Of a DNA stretch of 42,731 nt, positions 25,137 through 33,164 are shown piece after piece (positions within the stretch are counted from its first letter, which is position 1; every line of letters starts with the position of its first letter). The notes below the pieces were generated by a model. That model saw only the letters and a list, made by a program, of their open reading frames with translations, was not told the DNA's origin and searched no databases. The stretch is from contig CAYJQF010000004.1 in the NCBI GenBank assembly GCA_964372375.1, forward strand, positions 1 to 42,731. The letters run 5' to 3'. The position numbers and the translations under genes were made by a program. This stretch comes from Candidatus Woesearchaeota archaeon. GTDB lineage: Archaea > Nanobdellota > Nanobdellia > Pacearchaeales > GW2011-AR1.

Positions 25137-26386
25137 TCTTTTTTTCTTGCGAGTGTAAGAGCAAGCGCTGCATAGAGTGCAATAAAGATGAAGTTGGAAC
25201 GGGTAAAACGAAGTAAGGTGCTTTCAGTTATATTGTTGAGCAGTAGCAGGGATAGAAACGCAAGCGGCCAAAATCGATACGTGTCTGCAGCAGTTAGATG
25301 GCGAATACTTCTTGCAAGCATGATGCACAAACTCAAGAGAACACTGAGTGTGCCTAGTACTCCCAGGTCGAGCAAGGAGTCTATAAGTCCATTATGTCCA
25401 TGAATCACCGAGCCCCCCCGTTGTGTCTTGAGCTGAGCATAGGCTTGGGAAGGACCTTCCCAAAATGCTCCGTAGCCGTAGCCGAGCCAGGGCCGTTCCG
25501 CTATCTTTTCTGATGCTGCCTGCCAGAGAGAGGTGCGACCAGTTAGCGTGGTGTCCTTATTAAGCAGAAAAAGAATCTCAGTGGAATAGGAAAGGGCAAG
25601 GAATCCTCCCAGTATGACGATTGCTAGCGTGCCGGTTATGAGCACTCTTCGCAGCCGCGGTGACGCATGGATGTAGCATGTTAGACAGAGCAAGAAAATA
25701 ACGGTGCATACTGCGACCATTACTGCTGTTTTTGATTCGGAAAAGAAAGTAAAGACTAAAGCTCCTACAATTCCTAGGGCTAGCAGCATTCTCTTGATAG
25801 GTGTTGTTTTTTCTAATGTGCAGAGAAAGACGAGCAGCGCAAGTGCCATAATCTTTCCTGCAATGTTTTTCTGGGAGAAGGGACCAATCCAGGCACCTTG
25901 GTCTTCATGGCTGATTCCATACAGAGGAGCAAAGGCAACTATCAAGAAAGAGATGACAAGGATGACTCCTAGCGCCCTTGAAAGGAGCGTAAGCTGTTCT
26001 TCTTGCGTGTAGCGAAAGGCGTAATACACCCCAAAGAGAAGTGCACCGAGGAAGCCCAGGCTTTTTTCGAATGAGATGAGGGGGGCAACTGACCAACTAA
26101 TTGAGAGGAATAAGGGTATAAGGAGGATAAGCAGCGACTTTTCTTTTACGAGTTCTTGCATAAGCTTTCTTTTCTGTTTATAGAGAAGGAATAGAGTAGT
26201 GAGTACTATAATTAAGAAGATGAGAGTTACCCCCAGGTCTTGCTGGTCAATAACTCCCGGCTTTGCTCCTTGCTGGGTAATGAAGGGAATTAGTATACCG
26301 GTAAAGAAGATGAGCACGAATATTGAAAAGAGCGTTTCTCCTTTGCTGAACAAAACATCTAAGACTGTTTTTTTCATTCCGTACAT
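25133..26386 (-). CDS. O-antigen ligase/polymerase-like (Wzy_C) membrane protein
   Basis: About 10 TM helices plus RPWLGYGYGAFW...HGHNGLIDSLLDLGVLG. Confidence 0.75.
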   Translation of the reverse strand: MYGMKKTVLDVLFSKGETLFSIFVLIFFTGILIPFITQQGAKPGVIDQQDLGVTLIFLIIVLTTLFLLYKQKRKLMQELVKEKSLLILLIPLFLSISWSVAPLISFEKSLGFLGALLFGVYYAFRYTQEEQLTLLSRALGVILVISFLIVAFAPLYGISHEDQGAWIGPFSQKNIAGKIMALALLVFLCTLEKTTPIKRMLLALGIVGALVFTFFSESKTAVMVAVCTVIFLLCLTCYIHASPRLRRVLITGTLAIVILGGFLALSYSTEILFLLNKDTTLTGRTSLWQAASEKIAERPWLGYGYGAFWEGPSQAYAQLKTQRGGSVIHGHNGLIDSLLDLGVLGTLSVLLSLCIMLARSIRHLTAADTYRFWPLAFLSLLLLNNITESTLLRFTRSNFIFIALYAALALTLARKKE

Positions 26387-26456
26387 AAACGGGCAGGGCT
26401 ATATAAACTTCCTGCTGTATCGATAGCTTTATTATTGTTACCTGCAAGAAGAATAT

Positions 26457-27938
26457 ATGCAAACGTTTTCATTCATTACGAAGTCAGCTCTCTTTGTTTT
26501 AGCAGGCATGATACTTTCTAGAGTTTTTGGCTACGTATTTCGTATTCTTATTGCTCGAACTTCCCTGGAAGTGTATGGCTTCTATACTTTAGCGCTACTT
26601 GCAGTGCAGTTTGTCTTGCCGTTTGTTTTATTGGGAACAGGATTGGGCTTATCTCGGTTTATCGGGCATTATCGAGGCAAGGGGCATCAGCATAAAGCGG
26701 ATCGCGTCACTAGCACAGCACTTATTGCGGTAAGCGCCATGAGTCTTCTTTTCTTCTGCATTTTCTTCTTAGGAGCCGACTGGATTGCTGGCTGGTTTCA
26801 CAAACCAGAGAGTGCTCTTTTTTTCCGTGCCTTTGCTTTCTTGATTCCTCTGCTTGGATTAATGCAGGTTTTTGGAACACTCTTGAAGGCACATGGGAAT
26901 GTATTTTCATTTGCCCTGGTAACTAGTGTCCTGGTCAGTTTCCTTGAACTTGTTTTCCTTGCTCTTTTTCTAAATCTTGGATGGGTTCCTGAAGGTATCG
27001 TTGCTGCTGTAGTAGTGCCTAGTTTTTTAGCAGTAGTGGTGCTTTGGTGGTTGGCACGGACTTTGTTTCGTTTTACTTTAGAAGGATTTGATATACCCTT
27101 CTTACGGTTTTCCCTATTGTTGTTACCTGCTTCTTATTTCTTTGGCTTTCTGAGTACGATTGACTCTCTGGTATTAGGCCACTTTTCAAGCACGCATGAT
27201 GTTGCTGTCTATAACGCGGCTCTCCCTACGGCACAGATGATTCTCCTGGTGTCAACGGCGCTGCTTACAGTATTTCTGCCTTTAATTTCAGAGCACACGG
27301 CGCGCCGGAAGCGCATTGCACAGGAATATGCATTTGTCATTCAAAGCAGCATTCTTTTTGCCTTACCTTTAGTTGTGTTTGCCCTTGTGTTTCGTACTGC
27401 TTTACTCGGAATCTTTTTTGGCCCTGTTTTTATATCAGGCAGTTTTTCTTTTGCGTTACTGACTCTTGCTTATTTCTTCTACGGGCTTGCGTTGCCTGGG
27501 CAGCAAGTGCTCATTATGCTGAAAAAGACAAAGCTGGTGTTTTGGCTTAGCCTCAGCACTTTTGCACTTGCAGTCATACTTACTTTCTCTTTCATTCCAT
27601 GGTCTTTGCACCAGTATGGCACCGGCATGTACGGTGCAAGTTTTGCCACTTTGCTGGCATTTCTTTTTCTTTGCAGCATCACTTTCTTTTTTGCGCAGCA
27701 ATATGTGCGTCTTCATCTCAGTATACGAGATGTTCTTGTTCCGTTGCTTGCAGCGAGCATAAGCGCTTTTGTGGTCTTTGGTATGTATGGACTTCTTAGA
27801 CATACTTTATTTTCTTTGGTGGTCGCAGGCGGCGTCTTTATGGTATTGTATGGACTCTTGATTGTGTTAGCGCGGAACTTTTTAGCTGGAAATCAAAGCA
27901 TTCGTTTCATGCGCTCGGTTTTTCAGCAGCGGAAGTAG
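26457..27938 (+). CDS. Wzx-like polysaccharide flippase (MOP superfamily)
   Basis: 493 aa with about 12-14 TM helices and the typical N-terminal SALFVLAGMILSRVFGYVFRILIAR. Confidence 0.75.
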   Translation: MQTFSFITKSALFVLAGMILSRVFGYVFRILIARTSLEVYGFYTLALLAVQFVLPFVLLGTGLGLSRFIGHYRGKGHQHKADRVTSTALIAVSAMSLLFFCIFFLGADWIAGWFHKPESALFFRAFAFLIPLLGLMQVFGTLLKAHGNVFSFALVTSVLVSFLELVFLALFLNLGWVPEGIVAAVVVPSFLAVVVLWWLARTLFRFTLEGFDIPFLRFSLLLLPASYFFGFLSTIDSLVLGHFSSTHDVAVYNAALPTAQMILLVSTALLTVFLPLISEHTARRKRIAQEYAFVIQSSILFALPLVVFALVFRTALLGIFFGPVFISGSFSFALLTLAYFFYGLALPGQQVLIMLKKTKLVFWLSLSTFALAVILTFSFIPWSLHQYGTGMYGASFATLLAFLFLCSITFFFAQQYVRLHLSIRDVLVPLLAASISAFVVFGMYGLLRHTLFSLVVAGGVFMVLYGLLIVLARNFLAGNQSIRFMRSVFQQRK

Positions 27939-29919
27939 CGAGTAAGCGTTTTGTTTTTGCGTAATAGGCGTTTATTTCTTCTTTGGAGAGTGTTTTATTG
28001 TATATCTCAAGATAAGCAATGTTGCCGGTAAACGTATTGCTCCAGGATGAGCCAATGCGTAACTCATTTGCTATTGAAGGATTGTACACAAGGGAAGGTA
28101 TGGGGAGGGAGCGGGAAGATTTGTTTACTTGCAAGGTGATATTCTCGTTTTTGCTTAACGCAATAAAATTCCAGTTTTTTAGTGCGAGCAGGTTTGGTAC
28201 CTTGAGTTTTTTTGTTCCGTTTATTTCTTGCCAGCGCACGAACAGGGCATTATTCTCAATAAGTACAGACCAGCCTGCGTGATAAATGTCTCCTTGGCCA
28301 GAAACAAGGAGTACCGCCTTGTTGAGCGAAGCAGCATCTGGTTTTATCCAAACTAACATGGTGAAGTTTTCTAAGAGCTGATTAAACAGAGGCAGAGCTA
28401 GAGAGGCATTTTTTTCCAAGTGCACTATCCTAGGAATACGGAATACACTTTCTTTCTTAATATCAATGCGATAGATGAATCCTGTCCCCTCAGCAAGCGG
28501 AGTAAGGAATGAGCAGTTGAGTTTGCTGGGAGCATACACATAGACAGTTGGTCGCTCTGGTTTTCTATCTCGTAATTTGTCTTCACTTTGAGAAGTCAGA
28601 TATTCGTTGTAGAGGTCTTCTTCTTGTATTGCACAAGGTGCTTTGTAGAACGCCTCAAGGTCTTTCTGTTTCTTCCAGTTTGAGAAGGTGAGTGCAGGTT
28701 CATGTCCTGTTATTGGTTTTACGGTAATGCCCATGTCTAATGGAGTAAGTATCACGCCAGGAGGATATGCTTTGAGTTGCAACAACAAAGGCAACTCACT
28801 TGGTTCAATGGTATGGTAGAGCGCGACTTCGGGAGCAAGGATGAATTGTTGGTAACTCATGAATGCCAGGACTGTAATAATACCTAACGCAGTTATCGTA
28901 GGCAGATGTTTGGTGTATTTTTTCATTTTCTCTTGTATCCAGCATATACTGGAATACAAGCCGAGAGCGCTTAAGGGAATACAAGCAAGCATAAAATGGT
29001 AGAGGTAGCGTTGGTAGGCCGAGAAGACGCTTATGTTAGTGAATGGAAATTGCAGGAGCATAAGCAGGGAGAGTAAGGCGTAGATTCTGAAAGTAAGGAG
29101 TGTTTTTTGTTTGTAGCTGGTGTAGAAGCCAATCAGTGCGAATAAAGAAGGAAGTATGCCGTACAAAAGAAAAGGGTTGTAATTAATCTGGGGTACAATG
29201 GGTCCCCAGAGCAGAACTTGTGAAAGAGAACCCTTGGCGAAGACATACACGGCATAGATAAAAGCGATACTTATGAGAGTAAGCAGAACAAGGAACGGTT
29301 TCAGTATCTTCTTATTCTCGCTTACTTTCTTATAGCGCATGAGCAGGTAGATACAGGAAACTACTCCTAGGACAAAGAAACTTGATTGATGAATGAGGGC
29401 AATACTGAACAGATAGAGCGCGACGAGCCAGAGTTTTTGTGGCTTGTTTTCCTGGATTGCTTCTTCTAACGTGAACAAGGCGAGGTAATCAAAAAAAGCT
29501 GAGGCCATGATAGGAACAAAGAACCAGATGCCGAGAATGTTTACATTAGAAGGCAAGAATATGAGAAAGAGCAGAGCAGCGAGACCCGTCCAGGCAGTAT
29601 ATTTTTTTCTCAGGCAGAAAAACAGCACTAATGAAATAAAAAGTATATTCAATGCTGGTAAGAATTGGTATACTTTAACTAAAGAAAGTGTGGAGCCGAG
29701 TATAAGTGAGAGAACCAGTAAGAGCAGGTCAAAGCCTATTTCTACCGGCGAATGATTGAGCAGGTAGGCAGGTCCTTGCTCTTTCATGCGCTCCATTTTT
29801 CCCAGATGGGTCCATTCATCAAGATGAAAAGGAAGGGGATAAGAGATATGGGGAGCATACGTCAGTATGACTGCAGTAATAAGGGCAAGGATAAGCAGCA
29901 GCTTTTGGAATAGGTTCAT
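27907..29919 (-). CDS. polytopic membrane protein (GT-C-like N-terminal region) with a C-terminal LamG/concanavalin-like domain
   Basis: About 13 TM helices. The first loop is HLDEWTHLGK (acidic DE pair). The C-terminal FTMLVWIKPD...NWNFIALS...LRIGSS...FTGNIAYLEIYNKTLSKEEINAYY matches the Laminin_G_3 pattern. Confidence 0.7.
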   Translation of the reverse strand: MNLFQKLLLILALITAVILTYAPHISYPLPFHLDEWTHLGKMERMKEQGPAYLLNHSPVEIGFDLLLLVLSLILGSTLSLVKVYQFLPALNILFISLVLFFCLRKKYTAWTGLAALLFLIFLPSNVNILGIWFFVPIMASAFFDYLALFTLEEAIQENKPQKLWLVALYLFSIALIHQSSFFVLGVVSCIYLLMRYKKVSENKKILKPFLVLLTLISIAFIYAVYVFAKGSLSQVLLWGPIVPQINYNPFLLYGILPSLFALIGFYTSYKQKTLLTFRIYALLSLLMLLQFPFTNISVFSAYQRYLYHFMLACIPLSALGLYSSICWIQEKMKKYTKHLPTITALGIITVLAFMSYQQFILAPEVALYHTIEPSELPLLLQLKAYPPGVILTPLDMGITVKPITGHEPALTFSNWKKQKDLEAFYKAPCAIQEEDLYNEYLTSQSEDKLRDRKPERPTVYVYAPSKLNCSFLTPLAEGTGFIYRIDIKKESVFRIPRIVHLEKNASLALPLFNQLLENFTMLVWIKPDAASLNKAVLLVSGQGDIYHAGWSVLIENNALFVRWQEINGTKKLKVPNLLALKNWNFIALSKNENITLQVNKSSRSLPIPSLVYNPSIANELRIGSSWSNTFTGNIAYLEIYNKTLSKEEINAYYAKTKRLLATSAAEKPSA

Positions 29920-29996
29920 TACCTGAGCAACGCATACTGCTAATTAAATCTTGCTTAAAAGAAAAGCGTAAATAGACTTGAACGTATACGGTCTTT

Positions 29997-30614
29997 ATGG
30001 TGAGGAAGTATATTCTTTTTGCCCTCTTTTTTGTGCTTGTATGCTCTTCTTTTGTGTCTGCGTTTAGCGTATCAAGTTGGTTCAAGGGGACGTTTACTGG
30101 TAAAGTAACTCTAGAACCAATTTGTGCTGATACTGATGGAGGGTTGAATTATTATGTACAAGGAACGGTAACTCAGATTAACCCTTTTGATAACGCTACT
30201 ATTACGTATACTGATTCTTGTTATAACAGCACGCTTTTGCAGGAATGGAGTTGTGGCAATAGCACACGAGCAAGCAATCTTGCCGCTAATTCCTTTTATG
30301 GATGCCCGTATCCAAGCATATGTAATATTAGTGCTGGTGCGTGCACGAGTGTTCCCCAAACTCCTGGAACCTATAACATATGCCAAGGTAAAGTAGCCCG
30401 CAGTTGGCATTCAAGCAGGTGTAATGTACGTCGCGTATGTTCGAGTGGAGGGTTATGTGAGAATAAGAGTGTACGAGTGTCGAATGGGTTTGGTGGCAAG
30501 ACAACCAATTATTATTACCGGGAAGTGTGCACTCAGCGGTATCGAACCTCCTGCGGAAGCGCTCCTTCGTGCGGTGCTGACGGGAAGGTAAGCACCATTG
30601 CTTGCAACTTCTAA
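29997..30614 (+). CDS. secreted Cys-rich protein
   Basis: Signal peptide (MVRKYILFALFFVLVCSSFVSAFS) followed by about 20 Cys, including a CADTDGG...GTV...YTDSC...C...C...GAC module. Confidence 0.65.
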   Translation: MVRKYILFALFFVLVCSSFVSAFSVSSWFKGTFTGKVTLEPICADTDGGLNYYVQGTVTQINPFDNATITYTDSCYNSTLLQEWSCGNSTRASNLAANSFYGCPYPSICNISAGACTSVPQTPGTYNICQGKVARSWHSSRCNVRRVCSSGGLCENKSVRVSNGFGGKTTNYYYREVCTQRYRTSCGSAPSCGADGKVSTIACNF

Positions 30615-30639
30615 GCAGCGTGAGTTAGGGAAGACAGAA

Positions 30640-30653
30640 ATATATATATATAT
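30640..30653. repeat. (AT)7 dinucleotide microsatellite
   Basis: atatatatatatat, read directly. It lies between the two Cys-rich ORFs. Confidence 0.9.
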
Positions 30654-30699
30654 GATTTCTTCACAAGAGCTATGAGAAGGAGCATGTATAGAACAGAGC

Positions 30700-30903
30700 G
30701 TGCAGAGTGTGTGCGAGGATAGTGATAGTGCAAATGATGTAAAAGTTAAAGGGACGGTTGTGTTTAAGGGAACTGAGTATTCAGATGTGTGTGCAGAGCA
30801 GGGATTGAGTGTGAAGCAATACTTCTGTGCTTCTGGGAAGCTGCGAAATTTTGTGAAGCGGTGCTCTGGTGAGACGAGATGTATGCAGGGTGTGTGCGTT
30901 TAG
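30700..30903 (+). CDS. stand-alone copy of the Cys-rich module; GTG start, no signal peptide; possibly a gene remnant
   Basis: CEDSDS...GTV...YSDVC...C...C...C...GVC aligns with the module in 29997-30614. The only in-frame start is a GTG. Confidence 0.35.
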   Translation: MQSVCEDSDSANDVKVKGTVVFKGTEYSDVCAEQGLSVKQYFCASGKLRNFVKRCSGETRCMQGVCV

Positions 30904-30907
30904 AATA

Positions 30908-31127
30908 TTATGTGCTCTTGCTTATGCTATCTGACCAGATATCATAATATTTTACCGGAATTTTCCTTTGTTTGAACTCTTGCTGCAGTTTATGCAGGCA
31001 TATTGAAAAAAGCTCGATTGCGCCCTGCATTATGTTATAGCCAAGATTCCTTTGATTTTCCTCTATTCCTTCTTCTATGGCTCGCTCTATGTTCTTTATA
31101 GGCTTTTTCGTGCTCTTCAACTTTCAT
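30908..31127 (-). pseudogene. frameshifted, C-terminally truncated paralog of the HEPN-like gene at 32728-33156
   Basis: The frame from ATG 31127 gives MKVEEHEKAYKEH (compare MTSIEEHQKKIHEH). The frame from TTG 31120 continues IERAIEEGIEEN...LHKLQ...KIPVKYYDIW (compare INDAIEAGIENK...LHIAEKIPLGKVIKHDWF). It stops at about half the length. Confidence 0.6.
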
Positions 31128-31166
31128 TTTGTTACTCTTGTAATCACTTATTGTTACACATGTAAT
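31120..31166. repeat. copy 1 of a 47-bp dispersed direct repeat (40 bp exact)
   Basis: ttttgttactcttgtaatcacttattgttacacatgtaat is identical to 33303-33342, and the 7 bp before it differ at one position. Confidence 0.9.
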
Positions 31167-31235
31167 TTCTAATAAAGGTATTTAGCTATTTGAGATATTC
31201 CCGCGCTTCGTCTTTTCGGTATGCTTCCAGCAGTT

Positions 31236-32093
31236 TCATTCTGATGCCTGTAGTTGCCGAATGGCAGGAAATTGCATGCCCATTGCTTTGCGTGTTTCTC
31301 GGATAGCGTGCTCTTGCTCGGGAGAAGCATTTTTAAGAGCATTGACAAGAAAGGAATCTACTTCTCTAAAGACTCTTTTTCTTTTTTCAATATAATCATT
31401 GCTTACTTTGAATTCTCCAGCTAGGGTTCTGGCAATTTCATGCGCATTAGCATCATATTCATATATGTTATATACAACTTGTGCATTGATTGAGCCTGTA
31501 TTCAAGCCATTTACTAATGCATTTTTTGGCAGGTATTTCAGCCCTTCTCCGTATTGTGCCGCATGCCTTCCTTCATGCGCAACAATGCTTTGTTTTATCT
31601 CTTCAGCATCTGCAAACATTTTGGAATCAAATATCTTTCTTCCTATGAAAATTTTCGTGTGCCTGTTTTTTCCTGCATTATCTGGAATATCTGGAGTTTT
31701 CAAATCATACCATCCCGTATTCAGAGTATCCAATCCTGTTCCCAGCGCTCCTTCTACATTATCCCATGTTAGTCCTAATGCCTGCAATTCAGAGGTATAC
31801 CATTCTCTAATTCTCTTTCCTGTAGGGTCATAGACGACACCGTCACAATATGGAATACTTATTCCATCTACCAAATTTTCAAGAAATCTTTTTCTGTAGT
31901 TTGTGTGTTTCTTTGCATCTTCAAATGAAGGATTGCTGAGCAGTTCACCTTTCACATAGGCTCCTATTTGTTCATGATAGGTAAGAGCAGTTCCTACTCC
32001 CATGCATGCAAGAGCAGCTATGCCAAGCTGCATCCAGGCACGCCGAGCTAACAGGGATTCTTGAGCTTTTCGCTTTTCTTTTAATTGTGACAT
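31236..32093 (-). CDS. membrane-anchored HExxH protein (putative zinc metallopeptidase)
   Basis: One TM helix (WMQLGIAALACMGVGTALTY). HEGRH at residues 173-177 (nt 31563-31577), with Glu residues downstream (YGEG, YEYD). Confidence 0.5.
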   Translation of the reverse strand: MSQLKEKRKAQESLLARRAWMQLGIAALACMGVGTALTYHEQIGAYVKGELLSNPSFEDAKKHTNYRKRFLENLVDGISIPYCDGVVYDPTGKRIREWYTSELQALGLTWDNVEGALGTGLDTLNTGWYDLKTPDIPDNAGKNRHTKIFIGRKIFDSKMFADAEEIKQSIVAHEGRHAAQYGEGLKYLPKNALVNGLNTGSINAQVVYNIYEYDANAHEIARTLAGEFKVSNDYIEKRKRVFREVDSFLVNALKNASPEQEHAIRETRKAMGMQFPAIRQLQASE

Positions 32094-32114
32094 AGAATCT
32101 GCTCTTGAACAGGG

Positions 32115-32124
32115 GATTTAAATC
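32115..32124 (-). promoter_or_regulatory. palindromic TATA-like box (GATTTAAATC) overlapping the MNT stop codon
   Basis: It ends 22 nt upstream of ATG 32093. Confidence 0.4.
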
Positions 32125-32738
32125 TTTTTGTTGCTTTCATATATCTGATCTGTCCAGATTTCAAAGAATCTGCTGTCTACTTTTTCTGAAGAAAGCTTTT
32201 TTATTATTTCATGGGCTTTTGCCAGAGGAATAATAAAAGATGTCGGTGCAAGTTTTTTTCCACCATACTCCTCAACAATCCCTTTCACAAGATAGTTATT
32301 TTCCTTCCTTCCAAAAAGCCATCGTGCTATTCTGTTTCTTTTTGTAATGTCTTTGATTACTGAAATAGTGAACAGCATAAAAGGGGTGCTTTCTTTAGGG
32401 ATTTCCTTATATTTTCCATACAGCAGCATACCATCGCTTATAATGCTTCTTTTGAGCTTCCATTTTTCAAGGTTTCCTGATTCTACTCTAATAGCATTTT
32501 TTATGCCCTTGTTCTTCCATACCTTTTGGACTTCTGACTTTAAGAATTTAGCCATCAATGCATTTATTTTCTCTCTCCGTATATCTTTTTTTACGTTGAA
32601 GAAGAGGTCTATATCGCTTTCTGCCGAAGATTCTTTTCTTGCAACAGAGCCGTAGAGTATGATTTCTTCCACTTCTATCTTGGGCAAAACAAAGGATACA
32701 AATGCCGAAGCATATGCAATTAATTCTTTAGAGTCCAT
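32118..32738 (-). CDS. minimal nucleotidyltransferase (MNT) domain protein with a ~90-aa C-terminal extension
   Basis: ILYGSVARKESSAESDIDLF is the GS-x(n)-DxD Pol-beta-type NTase signature (nt 32607-32651). Residues ~115-206 are unassigned. Confidence 0.75.
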   Translation of the reverse strand: MDSKELIAYASAFVSFVLPKIEVEEIILYGSVARKESSAESDIDLFFNVKKDIRREKINALMAKFLKSEVQKVWKNKGIKNAIRVESGNLEKWKLKRSIISDGMLLYGKYKEIPKESTPFMLFTISVIKDITKRNRIARWLFGRKENNYLVKGIVEEYGGKKLAPTSFIIPLAKAHEIIKKLSSEKVDSRFFEIWTDQIYESNKKI

Positions 32739-33156
32739 ATCCTTCCTCCTTTAACAAGCCTAGAAATAGCTCCTTTATTTTATTGAAAGATAAAAGAATT
32801 TTTTGAATTTGCTCTTTTGTCGGCTTGCCGTACATAAGAGAATTTCTTTCCTCTTCTATAGAATATATCAGCTCATATATTTCATCTTTTTTTGGAAACT
32901 GAGCAGGCAATTTTCTCTCTATCATCGCTTCTTTCTTCTGCTCTGCTGCCGGTCTTTTGAACCAATCATGCTTGATGACTTTGCCGAGAGGTATTTTTTC
33001 GGCAATGTGCAAATACATCTCCAGATATTGCAGTGCGCAGGCTGAACAGTGAAAGCCCAACGTAACTGGTTTATTTTCAATACCTGCTTCTATTGCATCG
33101 TTAATCTCTTCCAAATGCTCATGTATCTTCTTCTGGTGCTCTTCTATTGATGTCAT
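32728..33156 (-). CDS. all-helical HEPN-like protein
   Basis: 142 aa, overlapping the MNT gene by 11 nt. EERNSLMYG (residues 102-110) sits where HEPN families carry Rx4-6H, with Tyr in the His position. Confidence 0.45.
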   Translation of the reverse strand: MTSIEEHQKKIHEHLEEINDAIEAGIENKPVTLGFHCSACALQYLEMYLHIAEKIPLGKVIKHDWFKRPAAEQKKEAMIERKLPAQFPKKDEIYELIYSIEEERNSLMYGKPTKEQIQKILLSFNKIKELFLGLLKEEGYGL

Positions 33157-33164
33157 TTTTATAA

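Noticed and set aside
27940-28407. The LamG domain as a target of a diversity-generating retroelement
   Set aside because: There is no reverse transcriptase gene in the window, and I found no template/variable repeat pair (a near-identical copy differing at adenines).
30672-30722. Joining the ATG at 30672 to the 67-aa Cys-rich ORF to supply an N-terminus
   Set aside because: That ATG is in a different frame and terminates at 30720-30722. It also encodes no hydrophobic signal peptide.
31399-31833. 144-aa plus-strand ORF (and the 72-aa ORF) inside the HExxH gene
   Set aside because: It is antisense to the longer 285-aa frame, which has a TATA box, a TM helix and the HExxH motif.
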